DNA from: an uncultured Bacteroides sp.
GTDB taxonomy: Bacteria; Bacteroidota; Bacteroidia; Bacteroidales; GCA-2748055
NCBI GenBank assembly: GCA_964458155.1
Contig: CAYWGP010000171.1
Span: 11,073 to 75,072, forward strand
Reading direction: 5' to 3'
DNA length: 64,000 nt
The number at the start of each line of letters is the position of its first letter. Positions within the stretch are counted from its first letter, which is position 1. The position numbers and the translations under genes are program-made. Positions 1 to 9,300 of the stretch are shown one piece after another. Under the pieces are notes generated by a model, which was given only the letters and a program-made list of their open reading frames with translations, was not told the origin of the DNA and searched no databases.

Positions 1-662
1 TTTTCGAGATTGGCGGGGGAATTAAGGATGGGAAGAAGTTTAAGGCGGTGCAGACAGGGGGGCCATCCGGCGGATGTCTGACCGAGAAGCACCTGGATAC
101 TCCCATTGATTATGAAAACCTGGTGGCCAATGGCTCCATGATGGGATCGGGAGGTATGATCGTGATGGACGAAGACGATTGCATGGTCTCCATTGCACGC
201 TTCTACCTCGATTTTACCGTGGAAGAATCATGTGGAAAGTGTGCCCCCTGCAGGATCGGGAACAAGCGCCTGCATGAGTTGCTCCAGAGATTATGTGAAG
301 GTAAGGGGGAGGAAAGTGATCTTCTCCGCCTCAGGAACCTGGGAGATGTTATCAAAGACACCTCCCTGTGTGGACTGGGCCAGAGCTCACCCAACCCCGT
401 ACTCTCTACCATGGATAATTTCCCCGATGAGTACCTGAGCCATGTGACGGAAAAGAAATGTCCATCGGGAGTATGTACCGATCTGCTGGAGTATTTTATC
501 GTGGAGGAGAACTGTATTGGCTGTACTGCCTGTGCCAGAGCCTGTCCGGTTGGATGTATATCAGGGGAGCGAAAAGAAGCACACCTGATCAATCCAGATA
601 CATGTATCAAGTGTGGTGCATGTATGGAGAAATGTAAATTCGATGCAGTGATCTTAAAATAA
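1..662 (+). CDS. NuoF-like NAD(P)H-binding subunit of a multimeric [FeFe]-hydrogenase (HydB/HndC type), 5' end cut by the window edge
   Basis: Frame 3 is open from nt 3 (FEIGGGIKDGKKFKAVQTGGPSGGC...). It has the NuoF-type Cys motif ESCGKCAPCR and two C-terminal ferredoxin motifs, CIGCTACARACP and CIKCGACMEKC. Its stop overlaps the next start (TAATG). Confidence 0.9.
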   Translation, partial: FEIGGGIKDGKKFKAVQTGGPSGGCLTEKHLDTPIDYENLVANGSMMGSGGMIVMDEDDCMVSIARFYLDFTVEESCGKCAPCRIGNKRLHELLQRLCEGKGEESDLLRLRNLGDVIKDTSLCGLGQSSPNPVLSTMDNFPDEYLSHVTEKKCPSGVCTDLLEYFIVEENCIGCTACARACPVGCISGERKEAHLINPDTCIKCGACMEKCKFDAVILK

Positions 663-2449
663 TGTTGAGAGAGATGAGTCTAGTTAAACTTACAATAGAT
701 GGAAATAAGGTGGAGGTGCCTGCGGGTACCACCATCTATAAAGCCGCCAAACAGCTGGATATTGATATACCGATCCTCTGTTACATGGATCTGAAAGATC
801 TGAATATTGAGAATAAACCTGGAGGTTGCAGAATATGCTCCGTGGAGGTTGAGGGCAGGAGAAACCTGGCCCCTTCATGTTCCACCGATGTGGCTGAAGG
901 CATGGTAGTCAAAACCAATAGCATGCGGGTAATTAATGCACGCAGGACCGTGATGGAACTAATCATTTCGGATCATCCAAAGGATTGCCTGTCCTGTGCC
1001 AAATCAGGGAACTGCGATCTGCAGGATATGGCCGTCAAGTTGGGAATCAGGGAGATACCCGGCCAGGAGTATGCCGAAATGTCGACTTACAGGCTGGATA
1101 CCTCTCCCTCCATTATCAGGGACCTGGACAAATGTATCATGTGCCGCCGGTGCGAGACCATGTGCAATGACTTTCAGACTGTGGGTGCACTGAATGCCGT
1201 AAATCGCGGTTTTGAAGCAGTGGTGGCCCCTGCCTTTGAGATGAACCTGGAGCACTCTCCCTGCACTTATTGCGGGCAGTGTGTGGCCGTGTGTCCTACG
1301 GGGGCACTTACCGAGGTGGATCATACAGGCAAAGTGATTGCAGCCCTCAATGATCCGACCAAAACGGTGGTGGTTCAGACTGCTCCGGCCGTAAGAGCGG
1401 CCCTGGGTGAGGAGTTTGGCATGGAGCCCGGAACACGGGTAACCGGCCAGATGGTTTCGGCCCTGAAACAGCTTGGATTTGATTATGTGTTTGATACCGA
1501 TTTTGCAGCCGACCTTACCATTATGGAGGAGGGAACCGAATTGCTGGGACGTCTGAAAAGGCATCTGGAGGGCGACGAGACTGTGCAACTGCCCATTCTA
1601 ACCTCCTGCTGTCCGGGCTGGGTAAACTTCTTCGAATATAACTATCCTGATCTGAAGGATGTGCCTTCCACGGCCCGCTCACCCCAGCAGATGTTTGGCG
1701 CCATTGCCAAGACCTATTTTGCCGATAAGATCGAGGTAGACAGGAAGGACATGGTGGTGATCTCCATTATGCCCTGCCTGGCCAAAAAATATGAGTGTCA
1801 GCGTGATGAGTTTGCAATGGATGGGAATCCGGACGTGGATTACAGCATTTCTACCCGTGAGCTGGCCCACCTGATCAAGCAGGCCAACATGGACCTTAAT
1901 AAGCTGCCGGAGGATGAATTTGATGCTCCTCTGGGTGAGTCCTCCGGAGCAGGAGTGATTTTCGGAGCAACGGGTGGTGTGATTGAAGCAGCTACGCGTA
2001 CTGCCTATGAGCTTCAAACGGGGAAAACACTGGAAAATGTGGATTTTGTACAGCTCAGGGGAATGGAAGGAATCCGTTCTGCCAAGGTCGATTTCGATGG
2101 ACTGGATATCAATATTGGGATTGCACATGGATTGGGCAATGCCAGGAAACTCTTAGATGATGTCAGAGCCGGAAAGTCACAGTACCACGCCATTGAAGTG
2201 ATGGCTTGTCCCGGTGGATGTATCGGTGGAGGTGGTCAGCCCCTTCATCATGGAGATGCTTCCATTCTGAAGGCCAGGACAAAAGCCATCTACAAGGAGG
2301 ATGAAGGGAAAGTTATCCGGAAATCCCATGAGAATCCGTACATCCTTAAGCTCTATGATGAGTTCCTGGGAGAACCTTTAAGTGAGAAGGCCCATGTATT
2401 GTTGCATACGCACTACTTTGATACGCGAAAAAAGATATTCCAGGTTTAA
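662..2449 (+). CDS. hydA: [FeFe]-hydrogenase catalytic subunit (HydA/HndD type)
   Basis: 595 aa with H-cluster signatures TSCCPGW, MPCLAKKYE and EVMACPGGCIGGGGQP. The N-terminus has a 2Fe-2S region followed by several 4Fe-4S Cys motifs (CIMCRRCETMC, CTYCGQCVAVCP). Confidence 0.95.
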   Translation: MLREMSLVKLTIDGNKVEVPAGTTIYKAAKQLDIDIPILCYMDLKDLNIENKPGGCRICSVEVEGRRNLAPSCSTDVAEGMVVKTNSMRVINARRTVMELIISDHPKDCLSCAKSGNCDLQDMAVKLGIREIPGQEYAEMSTYRLDTSPSIIRDLDKCIMCRRCETMCNDFQTVGALNAVNRGFEAVVAPAFEMNLEHSPCTYCGQCVAVCPTGALTEVDHTGKVIAALNDPTKTVVVQTAPAVRAALGEEFGMEPGTRVTGQMVSALKQLGFDYVFDTDFAADLTIMEEGTELLGRLKRHLEGDETVQLPILTSCCPGWVNFFEYNYPDLKDVPSTARSPQQMFGAIAKTYFADKIEVDRKDMVVISIMPCLAKKYECQRDEFAMDGNPDVDYSISTRELAHLIKQANMDLNKLPEDEFDAPLGESSGAGVIFGATGGVIEAATRTAYELQTGKTLENVDFVQLRGMEGIRSAKVDFDGLDINIGIAHGLGNARKLLDDVRAGKSQYHAIEVMACPGGCIGGGGQPLHHGDASILKARTKAIYKEDEGKVIRKSHENPYILKLYDEFLGEPLSEKAHVLLHTHYFDTRKKIFQV

Positions 2450-2470
2450 CAGGTTATAATATAGATAGTT

Positions 2471-2956
2471 ATGTCAAGCGTTAAAATAGAACTCAGGCAG
2501 GATCAGGTGGATAAGATCCATGCCATATGTGATTCCTTTGATATGCAGGAAGGCGAATTGATTAATGTCCTGCACCAATGTCAGTCTGCCTTTGGCTATT
2601 TGCCTGCTGAGGTTCAGGAAGTCATAGCTGAGAAGATGGCCTTGCCCGCTGCAAAAGTATATGGAGTGGTTACCTTCTACTCATTCTTTACCATGATTCC
2701 CAAAGGGAAATACCCCATCTCGATCTGTACCGGTACGGCATGTTACGTAAGGGGTGCAGAGACTGTATTGAGCGAGTTTAAGAAGCAGCTGGAGATTGAA
2801 GTGGGAGAAACGGATGTGAATGGTTTGTTCTCACTCAGTTGTTTGCGTTGTGTGGGTGCATGCGGACTGGCACCCGTAGTACTTGTGGGAGATAAAACCT
2901 ATGGACGGGTTGCTCCCGATGATGTAAAGGCCATTATTGAAGAGTACACAAAATAA
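2471..2956 (+). CDS. NuoE-like thioredoxin-fold [2Fe-2S] subunit (HydC/HndA type)
   Basis: 161 aa with a NuoE-type Cys pattern (ICTGTAC ... CLRCVGACGLAP). It lies immediately downstream of hydA. Confidence 0.85.
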   Translation: MSSVKIELRQDQVDKIHAICDSFDMQEGELINVLHQCQSAFGYLPAEVQEVIAEKMALPAAKVYGVVTFYSFFTMIPKGKYPISICTGTACYVRGAETVLSEFKKQLEIEVGETDVNGLFSLSCLRCVGACGLAPVVLVGDKTYGRVAPDDVKAIIEEYTK

Positions 2957-3108
2957 TCTGTCTATACATAAATATGCATATTAGGACCATTGATGTGTCA
3001 TAAAGTGCCCTTAGTGATTCATTTTCTGCTCTTTATCAAGCCGATTTGACAATCGTCTGGAAAAGTACTACTTTTGAATTGGACGTAAGATTGGAAAACT
3101 TTAAGAAA

Positions 3109-3909
3109 ATGAGGTTAAAGATTTTAACCCTGGGCTTGACTGTTTCCAGTCTTTTAATAAGCGGGTGTGCCGGGGAGAAACCGGCTTCGGTTATGCCTGT
3201 GACCACCGATTCGGAACTGGCTCTGGAACTTTATGAGACAGGGGTCGTGGCTTTTGATCAGTTTAAACATAGTCTTTCCTGGCACAGTTTTTATACTGCT
3301 GTTGAGTTAGACCCTGATTTTTTTATGTCCTATTTCTGGCTGTATTATATGTCCAGCAAGGAATCCAAGAAAGCTGCCGAAAAGGCCTTCCAATCTGAAG
3401 CTCAGCTTAATCCCGCAGAAGAGGAAATCAGGTCTGCCCTTAAGTACCTGGTGGATGGACAGGAAGAAAAGGTCGTGGTACACTTGCAGAACCTGATTGA
3501 TATGTACCCTTCCGATCCTCAGACCCATAAAATTTTATACCTCCTCCAGCAAATGTATTTTAAGGACTATGAAGGTGCCATCGTCTCCCTTAAGCGTGCC
3601 ACGCGGGTATGTCCCGATTTTCCTCTGGCTTACAACCAGCTGGGATATGCTTATATGGAGCTGGAGGATTATGAAAATGCAGAAAAGGCCCTGGATACCT
3701 ATATCAGGCTGGCGCCTGATCAGGCAAATCCCTACGATTCCAAAGGGGACTATTTCATGGCCACCAAACAGTACGAGGAAGCTTACCTTAGCTATATGAA
3801 GGCTTTTGAGATTGATTCCTCCGCATTTGAAGTCAGCAAAAAGAAGGCGAAAAAGGCCAGAATGCTGCAGGAAAAACTGCACAATACGTCTAATCACAGA
3901 AGTATCTGA
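3109..3909 (+). CDS. TPR-repeat lipoprotein
   Basis: ATG at 3109 gives MRLKILTLGLTVSSLLISGC, a lipobox. TPR-like A/Y/L periodicity follows (AYNQLGYAYMELEDYENAEKALDTYIRLAP). The track start at 3046 is a TTG extension. Confidence 0.8.
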   Translation: MRLKILTLGLTVSSLLISGCAGEKPASVMPVTTDSELALELYETGVVAFDQFKHSLSWHSFYTAVELDPDFFMSYFWLYYMSSKESKKAAEKAFQSEAQLNPAEEEIRSALKYLVDGQEEKVVVHLQNLIDMYPSDPQTHKILYLLQQMYFKDYEGAIVSLKRATRVCPDFPLAYNQLGYAYMELEDYENAEKALDTYIRLAPDQANPYDSKGDYFMATKQYEEAYLSYMKAFEIDSSAFEVSKKKAKKARMLQEKLHNTSNHRSI

Positions 3910-4578
3910 TCAGGAAAGAACCTGGTCCTTTCTTTCGAAAAAATAACTACGTTTCTTCTCAGTATCATCAAAGGTGTAGAGCTCTTGCTTTTGTCTGAAG
4001 GCATAACTGATCATGGCAAAATCGCCTATGCACATAATGTTGTGACTTAGGAGGAGGGAGGCGGAGAGCAGTGTGATCCGGGGGGCCCATAACACTGTAA
4101 TTACAATAAGCACAAGGTTTATAATAACAAAGGGGGTCATGGCCAGGAAGGCTAGTTCTCTTTTCGAAATGGGGAAGCGGTGGGCGGTAACGTAAAAAAT
4201 AAACTGCTGAAGATCCACTCCAAATTTGATATTCCGGGCGCCCAGAATCCGGTAGGCGAGGCCGTGAAGTAATTCATGGGGAGGAATCACCAGTATACTT
4301 CCTGCCAGAATCCCTGCAAGGACCTGGAGAATCACCCTTCCGATGCCAGTGTGTCCGGCATTCACACTCCACAGGGCATAGCCAATAATAAAAACCAGGG
4401 ATGCAAAATTGATGATCAGATAAAAGAAGGAGCTCAGACTGGCCTTTCGGATGTTTGAGAAAACAAAAGGAATTATTTCATTGAAATCAAGTTCCAGGAT
4501 CATTTTGTATCCATTCCCCTTCTGAAGTGTCTCAACATCCGGTATTTTCCTTGAACTCCTGGTTTTCGTGTTTGTCAT
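3910..4578 (-). CDS. DUF3267-like membrane protein (putative zincin peptidase)
   Basis: 222 aa with several TM helices and an HELLH motif (PPHELLHGLAYR). Confidence 0.7.
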   Translation of the reverse strand: MTNTKTRSSRKIPDVETLQKGNGYKMILELDFNEIIPFVFSNIRKASLSSFFYLIINFASLVFIIGYALWSVNAGHTGIGRVILQVLAGILAGSILVIPPHELLHGLAYRILGARNIKFGVDLQQFIFYVTAHRFPISKRELAFLAMTPFVIINLVLIVITVLWAPRITLLSASLLLSHNIMCIGDFAMISYAFRQKQELYTFDDTEKKRSYFFERKDQVLS

Positions 4579-4624
4579 CCCTTTTCACTAATTTGGCGCG
4601 GATTTCCAGGACTGAAAGTAAGAA

Positions 4625-5515
4625 ATGAATCGTCATCAGACAAATGGTTACTTCTATGCTTTAGGTGCATCCCTGGCCCTGGCAGCTTCTTTTGTATTCA
4701 GCAAATCGGTACTGAATCAGCTGTCCATGCTGCAATTTGGGATGCTCTGGTTCTCCATGGGGGTCCTGTGGAATGGTATCTGGTTTTTTCTGAGGCGCGA
4801 TTACAGAAATGTGAAGGGAGAGACCAGGGGTAAAACCGTTGTGGCATTGGTGATTGCAGTTCTGGAAGGTACGGCAACCGGGCTCTTTTACCTGGCCATT
4901 AAGGCAATGGAAAATCCGGCCGTTGTATCTTTTATCGGGAATATAGGTCCGGTTTTCGTTACCCTGATGGGTATCCTCCTGCTTAAAGAGAGATTTCGCA
5001 CTACCCAGGTGATTGGCATTATCATCACAATTATGGGAATCTTTGTAATTAATTACAGGGAGGGTGGATTCGCCGGCTTTATTGACCCTGGATCTGTATA
5101 TGTGATTGGCGCAGCATTCCTTTTCTCGGTGGCTACCATAGTGGGGCGCCGCTGGCACCGGCTGCTGATACCCGGGTATATGTCCCTGATTCGCTCCTGC
5201 CTTTTGGCTCTGGTAATGACTATTTTGTTTCTGCAAAGTGGCGATATGCTTCCTGTTTCTATGAGTATCTGGAAGGACCTGGCGCTGGGATCTTTGCTGG
5301 AGACACTGATTGTGATTATTTTTGCCTACCAGGCTCTAAAGTTGATTGAGGCCACAAAAACTTCCCTGATTATCAGTACTAAAGGAGTATGGACGCTTAT
5401 ACTGGCCTGGATATTCCTGGGTGTGTTCCCTACGGGTGTCCAGCTTGTGGGGGGACTGCTGACCCTGGCCGGGGTTTGGCTGATTACCTGGACCCGTTCT
5501 TCTCGTCAAGAATAA
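4625..5515 (+). CDS. EamA/DMT-family transporter
   Basis: 296 aa with about 10 hydrophobic helices in two similar halves, typical of drug/metabolite transporters. Confidence 0.8.
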   Translation: MNRHQTNGYFYALGASLALAASFVFSKSVLNQLSMLQFGMLWFSMGVLWNGIWFFLRRDYRNVKGETRGKTVVALVIAVLEGTATGLFYLAIKAMENPAVVSFIGNIGPVFVTLMGILLLKERFRTTQVIGIIITIMGIFVINYREGGFAGFIDPGSVYVIGAAFLFSVATIVGRRWHRLLIPGYMSLIRSCLLALVMTILFLQSGDMLPVSMSIWKDLALGSLLETLIVIIFAYQALKLIEATKTSLIISTKGVWTLILAWIFLGVFPTGVQLVGGLLTLAGVWLITWTRSSRQE

Positions 5516-6602
5516 AATCATAGGAGGTGTAGCGGGAAGCTTTACGAGCATAATTCTCGGATTCGCGCGAAAGTCCCTGTTTCTCATACAGCCTTGATAA
5601 TCCCATATAACTCAGGGCTTTGTACGTATCGGCAAAGGGTCCAAATGTCTCTGCCATTTCAATGCAGTCCAGGTACCCTGTTCTGGCACTGATATCATCT
5701 CCTGACTCTTGATCTGCCAGAAACGCTACAGCCAGAGTTCTTATCATCTCGTAATAGCTGTCTTCCTGATCTTTACTTTCCAACAATAAGCTTTTTACCT
5801 TTTCATAGCTGTGCTGGTGCAGGAGGATAAGGATCAGGTGACCCCGGAAGAAGGTATTAAGGGGATATTCACTTACAAGCCTTTCCGCATAGAATGCTGC
5901 CGAATCCAGGTTCCCTTCATATTTTAGCTGGATTATGGACATAAACAGAATGGATTCCACATTCAGAAAAACGGCATGATTGGTGGCATAATAGAGCTGT
6001 TCAAGACCCAGTTCCCGGTCTCCTTTATGCATAAATGAAACCAGAGGTTTATAGGCCGGGTGTGCTTCCGGGTAAGCTTCTATATAATAGTTGTAGAGTC
6101 CCGAGGAGAAATAGAACTCAACAAATTCCTCCTTCAGATCAAATCCCTTTTTTGTAAAACGGTACATATTCCCCAGGTCACCAATTACCTTCCCTGACTT
6201 CCCATTGTCGGCCCAGAACATGGCTTTGAAAGCCCGCCCGAACAAATCAAAAAAGACACCTTCCGTATAGGTCAGCGTGTCTTTCATAAGCACTCCGGCC
6301 TGGTCCGTGACCTTGTCCAGCAGGTCTACAAATTGATCAGAGGCCTTATCTGCTGGTGAAAGGGGAAAATTCTCCCAATAGACGATCAGTGCTTCCAGGA
6401 ATATAGGAGCGGGATGCTCTGGAGTAGCTGAAGCTAGCGAAGACTGGATTCTTTTTGCTTCGTCAAAGGAGAAACCATAGGTATTTTTCAAGCAGATCAC
6501 AACTTGCTCCAGGAAATCGGGTCGGCCCAGGTAGGTAAGCTGGGAACTACCCACTGTCCACGACATGACAATCAAGCCCAGTGTTAAAAGCACTCTCCTC
6601 AT
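5484..6602 (-). CDS. Secreted helical-repeat (TPR-like) hypothetical protein
   Basis: The internal Met gives a signal peptide, MRRVLLTLGLIVMSWTVGSSQ. The body is helical and repeat-like. The 3' end overlaps the convergent EamA gene by 32 nt. Confidence 0.65.
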   Translation of the reverse strand: MRRVLLTLGLIVMSWTVGSSQLTYLGRPDFLEQVVICLKNTYGFSFDEAKRIQSSLASATPEHPAPIFLEALIVYWENFPLSPADKASDQFVDLLDKVTDQAGVLMKDTLTYTEGVFFDLFGRAFKAMFWADNGKSGKVIGDLGNMYRFTKKGFDLKEEFVEFYFSSGLYNYYIEAYPEAHPAYKPLVSFMHKGDRELGLEQLYYATNHAVFLNVESILFMSIIQLKYEGNLDSAAFYAERLVSEYPLNTFFRGHLILILLHQHSYEKVKSLLLESKDQEDSYYEMIRTLAVAFLADQESGDDISARTGYLDCIEMAETFGPFADTYKALSYMGLSRLYEKQGLSRESENYARKASRYTSYDFILDEKNGSR

Positions 6603-6707
6603 GGCGCAAAGATAGCAATTTAGGAAGGCCATCCACTTATGCGGATGGCCTTCACATTCACTACTACACAATCACTACTTCACAATCACTACCACTAATG
6701 ATTCTGT

Positions 6708-6875
6708 TTAATTATCACAACCCTGACTGGATTTAGCACTGCTTGGGCCACTGGAATGAGCCGTCTCAGCCGGTGGTGTCATTACTGCATCAATAACATG
6801 AACAACGCCATTATCTGCTTTGATATCGACTACAGTAACCATGGCATCATCAATGTAAGCTTTACCATTTTCGTT
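6708..6875 (-). pseudogene. Remnant of a fasciclin (FAS1) domain gene, C-terminal part only
   Basis: Only the last ~35 residues of a FAS1 domain are recognisable (GKAYIDDAMVTVVDIKADNGVVHVIDAVMTPP). The upstream part of the 95-aa ORF is AT-rich, low-complexity sequence. Confidence 0.35.
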
Positions 6876-7098
6876 TTCATAATCGTTATTGTTTAAATAT
6901 TTGCTTTGAACATTAAACAGGAATAGAATCAAAATGTTTAATAAATTAACATAAATGATTAAACAAGAATATTTAATCACCATATAATCAAGCAATAAAA
7001 ATTTCTCTTATATCTGATATTTAACAATTGAGATGTTATGAAATAGGCAGTAGAGCAGCACTTTTTTTTGCACATTTGTCTTTTATTAGAACCTTTTT

Positions 7099-7683
7099 AT
7101 GATTCAGATCGGGGAAAAGATCATTAGCCGGGAGCTGTTTGAGAAGCATTTTATATGTCACCTGGAAAAGTGTGAGGGGAATTGTTGTGTAATTGGCGAT
7201 TCGGGAGCTCCTCTTGAAGATGACGAGGCCGCTTTGCTATCCGCGCAGCTTGAGTCCATCCTGCCATTTATGAGGGCTGAAGGAAAAAGAGCCATGAGGG
7301 AGCAGGGAGCATGGGTAATAGATATGGAGAATGATAAGGTAACCCCACTGGTGGGCAGGGAAGAATGTGCTTATACAGTATTTGAGGGTGCTATTGCGCG
7401 CTGTGCCATTGAACAGGCCTATGATGAAGGAGCTATAACATTCAGGAAGCCGGTCTCCTGCCATCTTTACCCAATCAGGGTGGCGAAACTCAGGCAGGGC
7501 ATCGCACTGAATTATCACCAGTGGAGCATTTGTGAACCTGCCCGCATCCTGGGGAAAAAAGAGGGGGTCCCCGTTTTCAGGTTCCTGAAAGATCCGCTGA
7601 TCAGAGTTTATGGAGAGGAGTTTTATAAGGAGCTTGAAATTGTCTACAGGGAGCTCAATGAGAGGAAGTCAACTAAATTGTAA
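7099..7683 (+). CDS. DUF3109 family protein
   Basis: 194 aa. N-terminal CEGNCCVIGDSGAPLEDDE and the overall layout match my recollection of Bacteroidota DUF3109 proteins. Confidence 0.7.
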   Translation: MIQIGEKIISRELFEKHFICHLEKCEGNCCVIGDSGAPLEDDEAALLSAQLESILPFMRAEGKRAMREQGAWVIDMENDKVTPLVGREECAYTVFEGAIARCAIEQAYDEGAITFRKPVSCHLYPIRVAKLRQGIALNYHQWSICEPARILGKKEGVPVFRFLKDPLIRVYGEEFYKELEIVYRELNERKSTKL

Positions 7684-7705
7684 TAATTAATATAATTCAG
7701 GCATT

Positions 7706-9076
7706 ATGAAAGCAATAAAAGATTATGTGGATGCCCACAAAGAGCGTTTTCTGGAAGAGCTGTTTGATTTGATCAGAATTCCATCCGTTAGTTCCATTGC
7801 AGAGGCTAAAGATGATATGATCAAGGCAGCTGAGTATATTAAGGAGACCTTGCTGAAAGCAGGAGCCGATCATGTGGAAGTTAAGGAGACCTCTGGATGG
7901 CCGGTGGTATATGGCCATAAATTGATTGATGAGTCGCTGCCCACCGTACTGGTTTACGGTCATTATGATGTTCAGCCTGTGGAACCACTGGATCTCTGGG
8001 ATTCACCTCCCTTTGAGCCCGAGGTCAGGGATGGGAAAATCTTTGCCAGGGGAGCAGATGATGATAAGGGCCAGCTTTTTATGCATGTTAAGGCCTTTGA
8101 GCTGATGAATGCTTCAGGAACACTCACCTGCAATGTGAAGTTTATGATTGAGGGTGAAGAGGAAATAGGTTCTCCAAGTCTGAAGCAGTTTTGTAAAGAG
8201 AACAAGGATTTGCTGAAGGCAGACATCATCCTGATCTCTGATACAACAATGATTGCCCAGGATATACCTTCCATTACCGTTGGCCTGAGAGGACTCAGTT
8301 ACCTGGAGGTGGAAGTTACCGGTCCCAACCGGGACCTGCACTCGGGCCTCTATGGTGGTGCTGTTGGAAATCCTGCCAACCTGCTGGCAAAAATGATAGC
8401 CTCCCTGACCGATGAAAACAATCATATAACTATTCCCGGATTTTATGATGAGGTCCAGGAGGTGGAGGATGCTGAAAGAGCACAGATGGCCAAGGCACCA
8501 TTCAGCCTGGTGGAGTATAAAGAAGCGCTGGATATTGATGATGCGGTAGGGGAAGCAGGATATTCAAGCAATGAGCGAACAGGCATCAGGCCCAGCCTGG
8601 ATGTAAACGGGATCTGGTCTGGTTATACCGGAGAGGGTGCAAAAACAGTATTGCCATCCAAGGCATACGCCAAGATCTCCATGCGATTGGTTCCCAATCA
8701 GGATTCAAAGAAGATCGATGAACTATTTATCAGGCATATGGAAAGCATTGCCCCGAAGGGAACAAAAGTGAAGGTCAGGAGCCTGCACGGGGGACAGGGC
8801 TATGTAACACCCATCGATTTTCCGGCATACAGGGCTGCAAGCAAGGCCATTGAGGAGAGTTTTGGTAAAACACCCATCCCGGTTCGCAGTGGAGGAAGTA
8901 TTCCCATCGTATCTGATTTTGAGGAGGTGCTGGGAATCAAATCCATATTGATGGGATTTGGACTGGATTCGGATGCCATTCATTCGCCCAACGAAAACTA
9001 CCCTCTCTTTAATTTCTACAAAGGGATAGAAACCATACCTCTGTTTTATAAATATTATGTTCAGGAGATGAGCTAG
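7706..9076 (+). CDS. M20-family dipeptidase
   Basis: 456 aa with M20 metal-ligand context (VYGHYDVQP, GADDDKG, MIEGEEEIGS, HSPNE). Confidence 0.85.
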   Translation: MKAIKDYVDAHKERFLEELFDLIRIPSVSSIAEAKDDMIKAAEYIKETLLKAGADHVEVKETSGWPVVYGHKLIDESLPTVLVYGHYDVQPVEPLDLWDSPPFEPEVRDGKIFARGADDDKGQLFMHVKAFELMNASGTLTCNVKFMIEGEEEIGSPSLKQFCKENKDLLKADIILISDTTMIAQDIPSITVGLRGLSYLEVEVTGPNRDLHSGLYGGAVGNPANLLAKMIASLTDENNHITIPGFYDEVQEVEDAERAQMAKAPFSLVEYKEALDIDDAVGEAGYSSNERTGIRPSLDVNGIWSGYTGEGAKTVLPSKAYAKISMRLVPNQDSKKIDELFIRHMESIAPKGTKVKVRSLHGGQGYVTPIDFPAYRAASKAIEESFGKTPIPVRSGGSIPIVSDFEEVLGIKSILMGFGLDSDAIHSPNENYPLFNFYKGIETIPLFYKYYVQEMS

Positions 9077-9099
9077 GTATAAAAGCAAAGCCAATACAA

Positions 9100-9133
9100 A
9101 AAGCCGCCGGATTTTTTCTGGCGGCTTTTTTTG
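9100..9133 (+). terminator. Rho-independent terminator after the M20 dipeptidase gene
   Basis: GCCGCC (9103-9108) pairs with GGCGGC (9120-9125), followed by a run of 7 T. Confidence 0.7.
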
Positions 9134-9245
9134 TAAAAACAACAAAATTTACTCCTGATGCCTTAAAAACATGGGGTAATATCTATAAAAAGTAAAAAAA
9201 ATTCCAATATGATTAAAAAAATGGGGGTATAAACGAAAAAGTAGA

Positions 9246-9253
9246 TATATTTG
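9246..9253 (+). promoter_or_regulatory. Bacteroidota-type -7 promoter box (TAnnTTTG) for glnN
   Basis: TATATTTG lies 48 nt upstream of the glnN ATG in an AT-rich intergenic region. Confidence 0.45.
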
Positions 9254-9300
9254 CAGAGGCAAACCCTAATTTTTTTATACTAACTTAATTTATTTTTATT

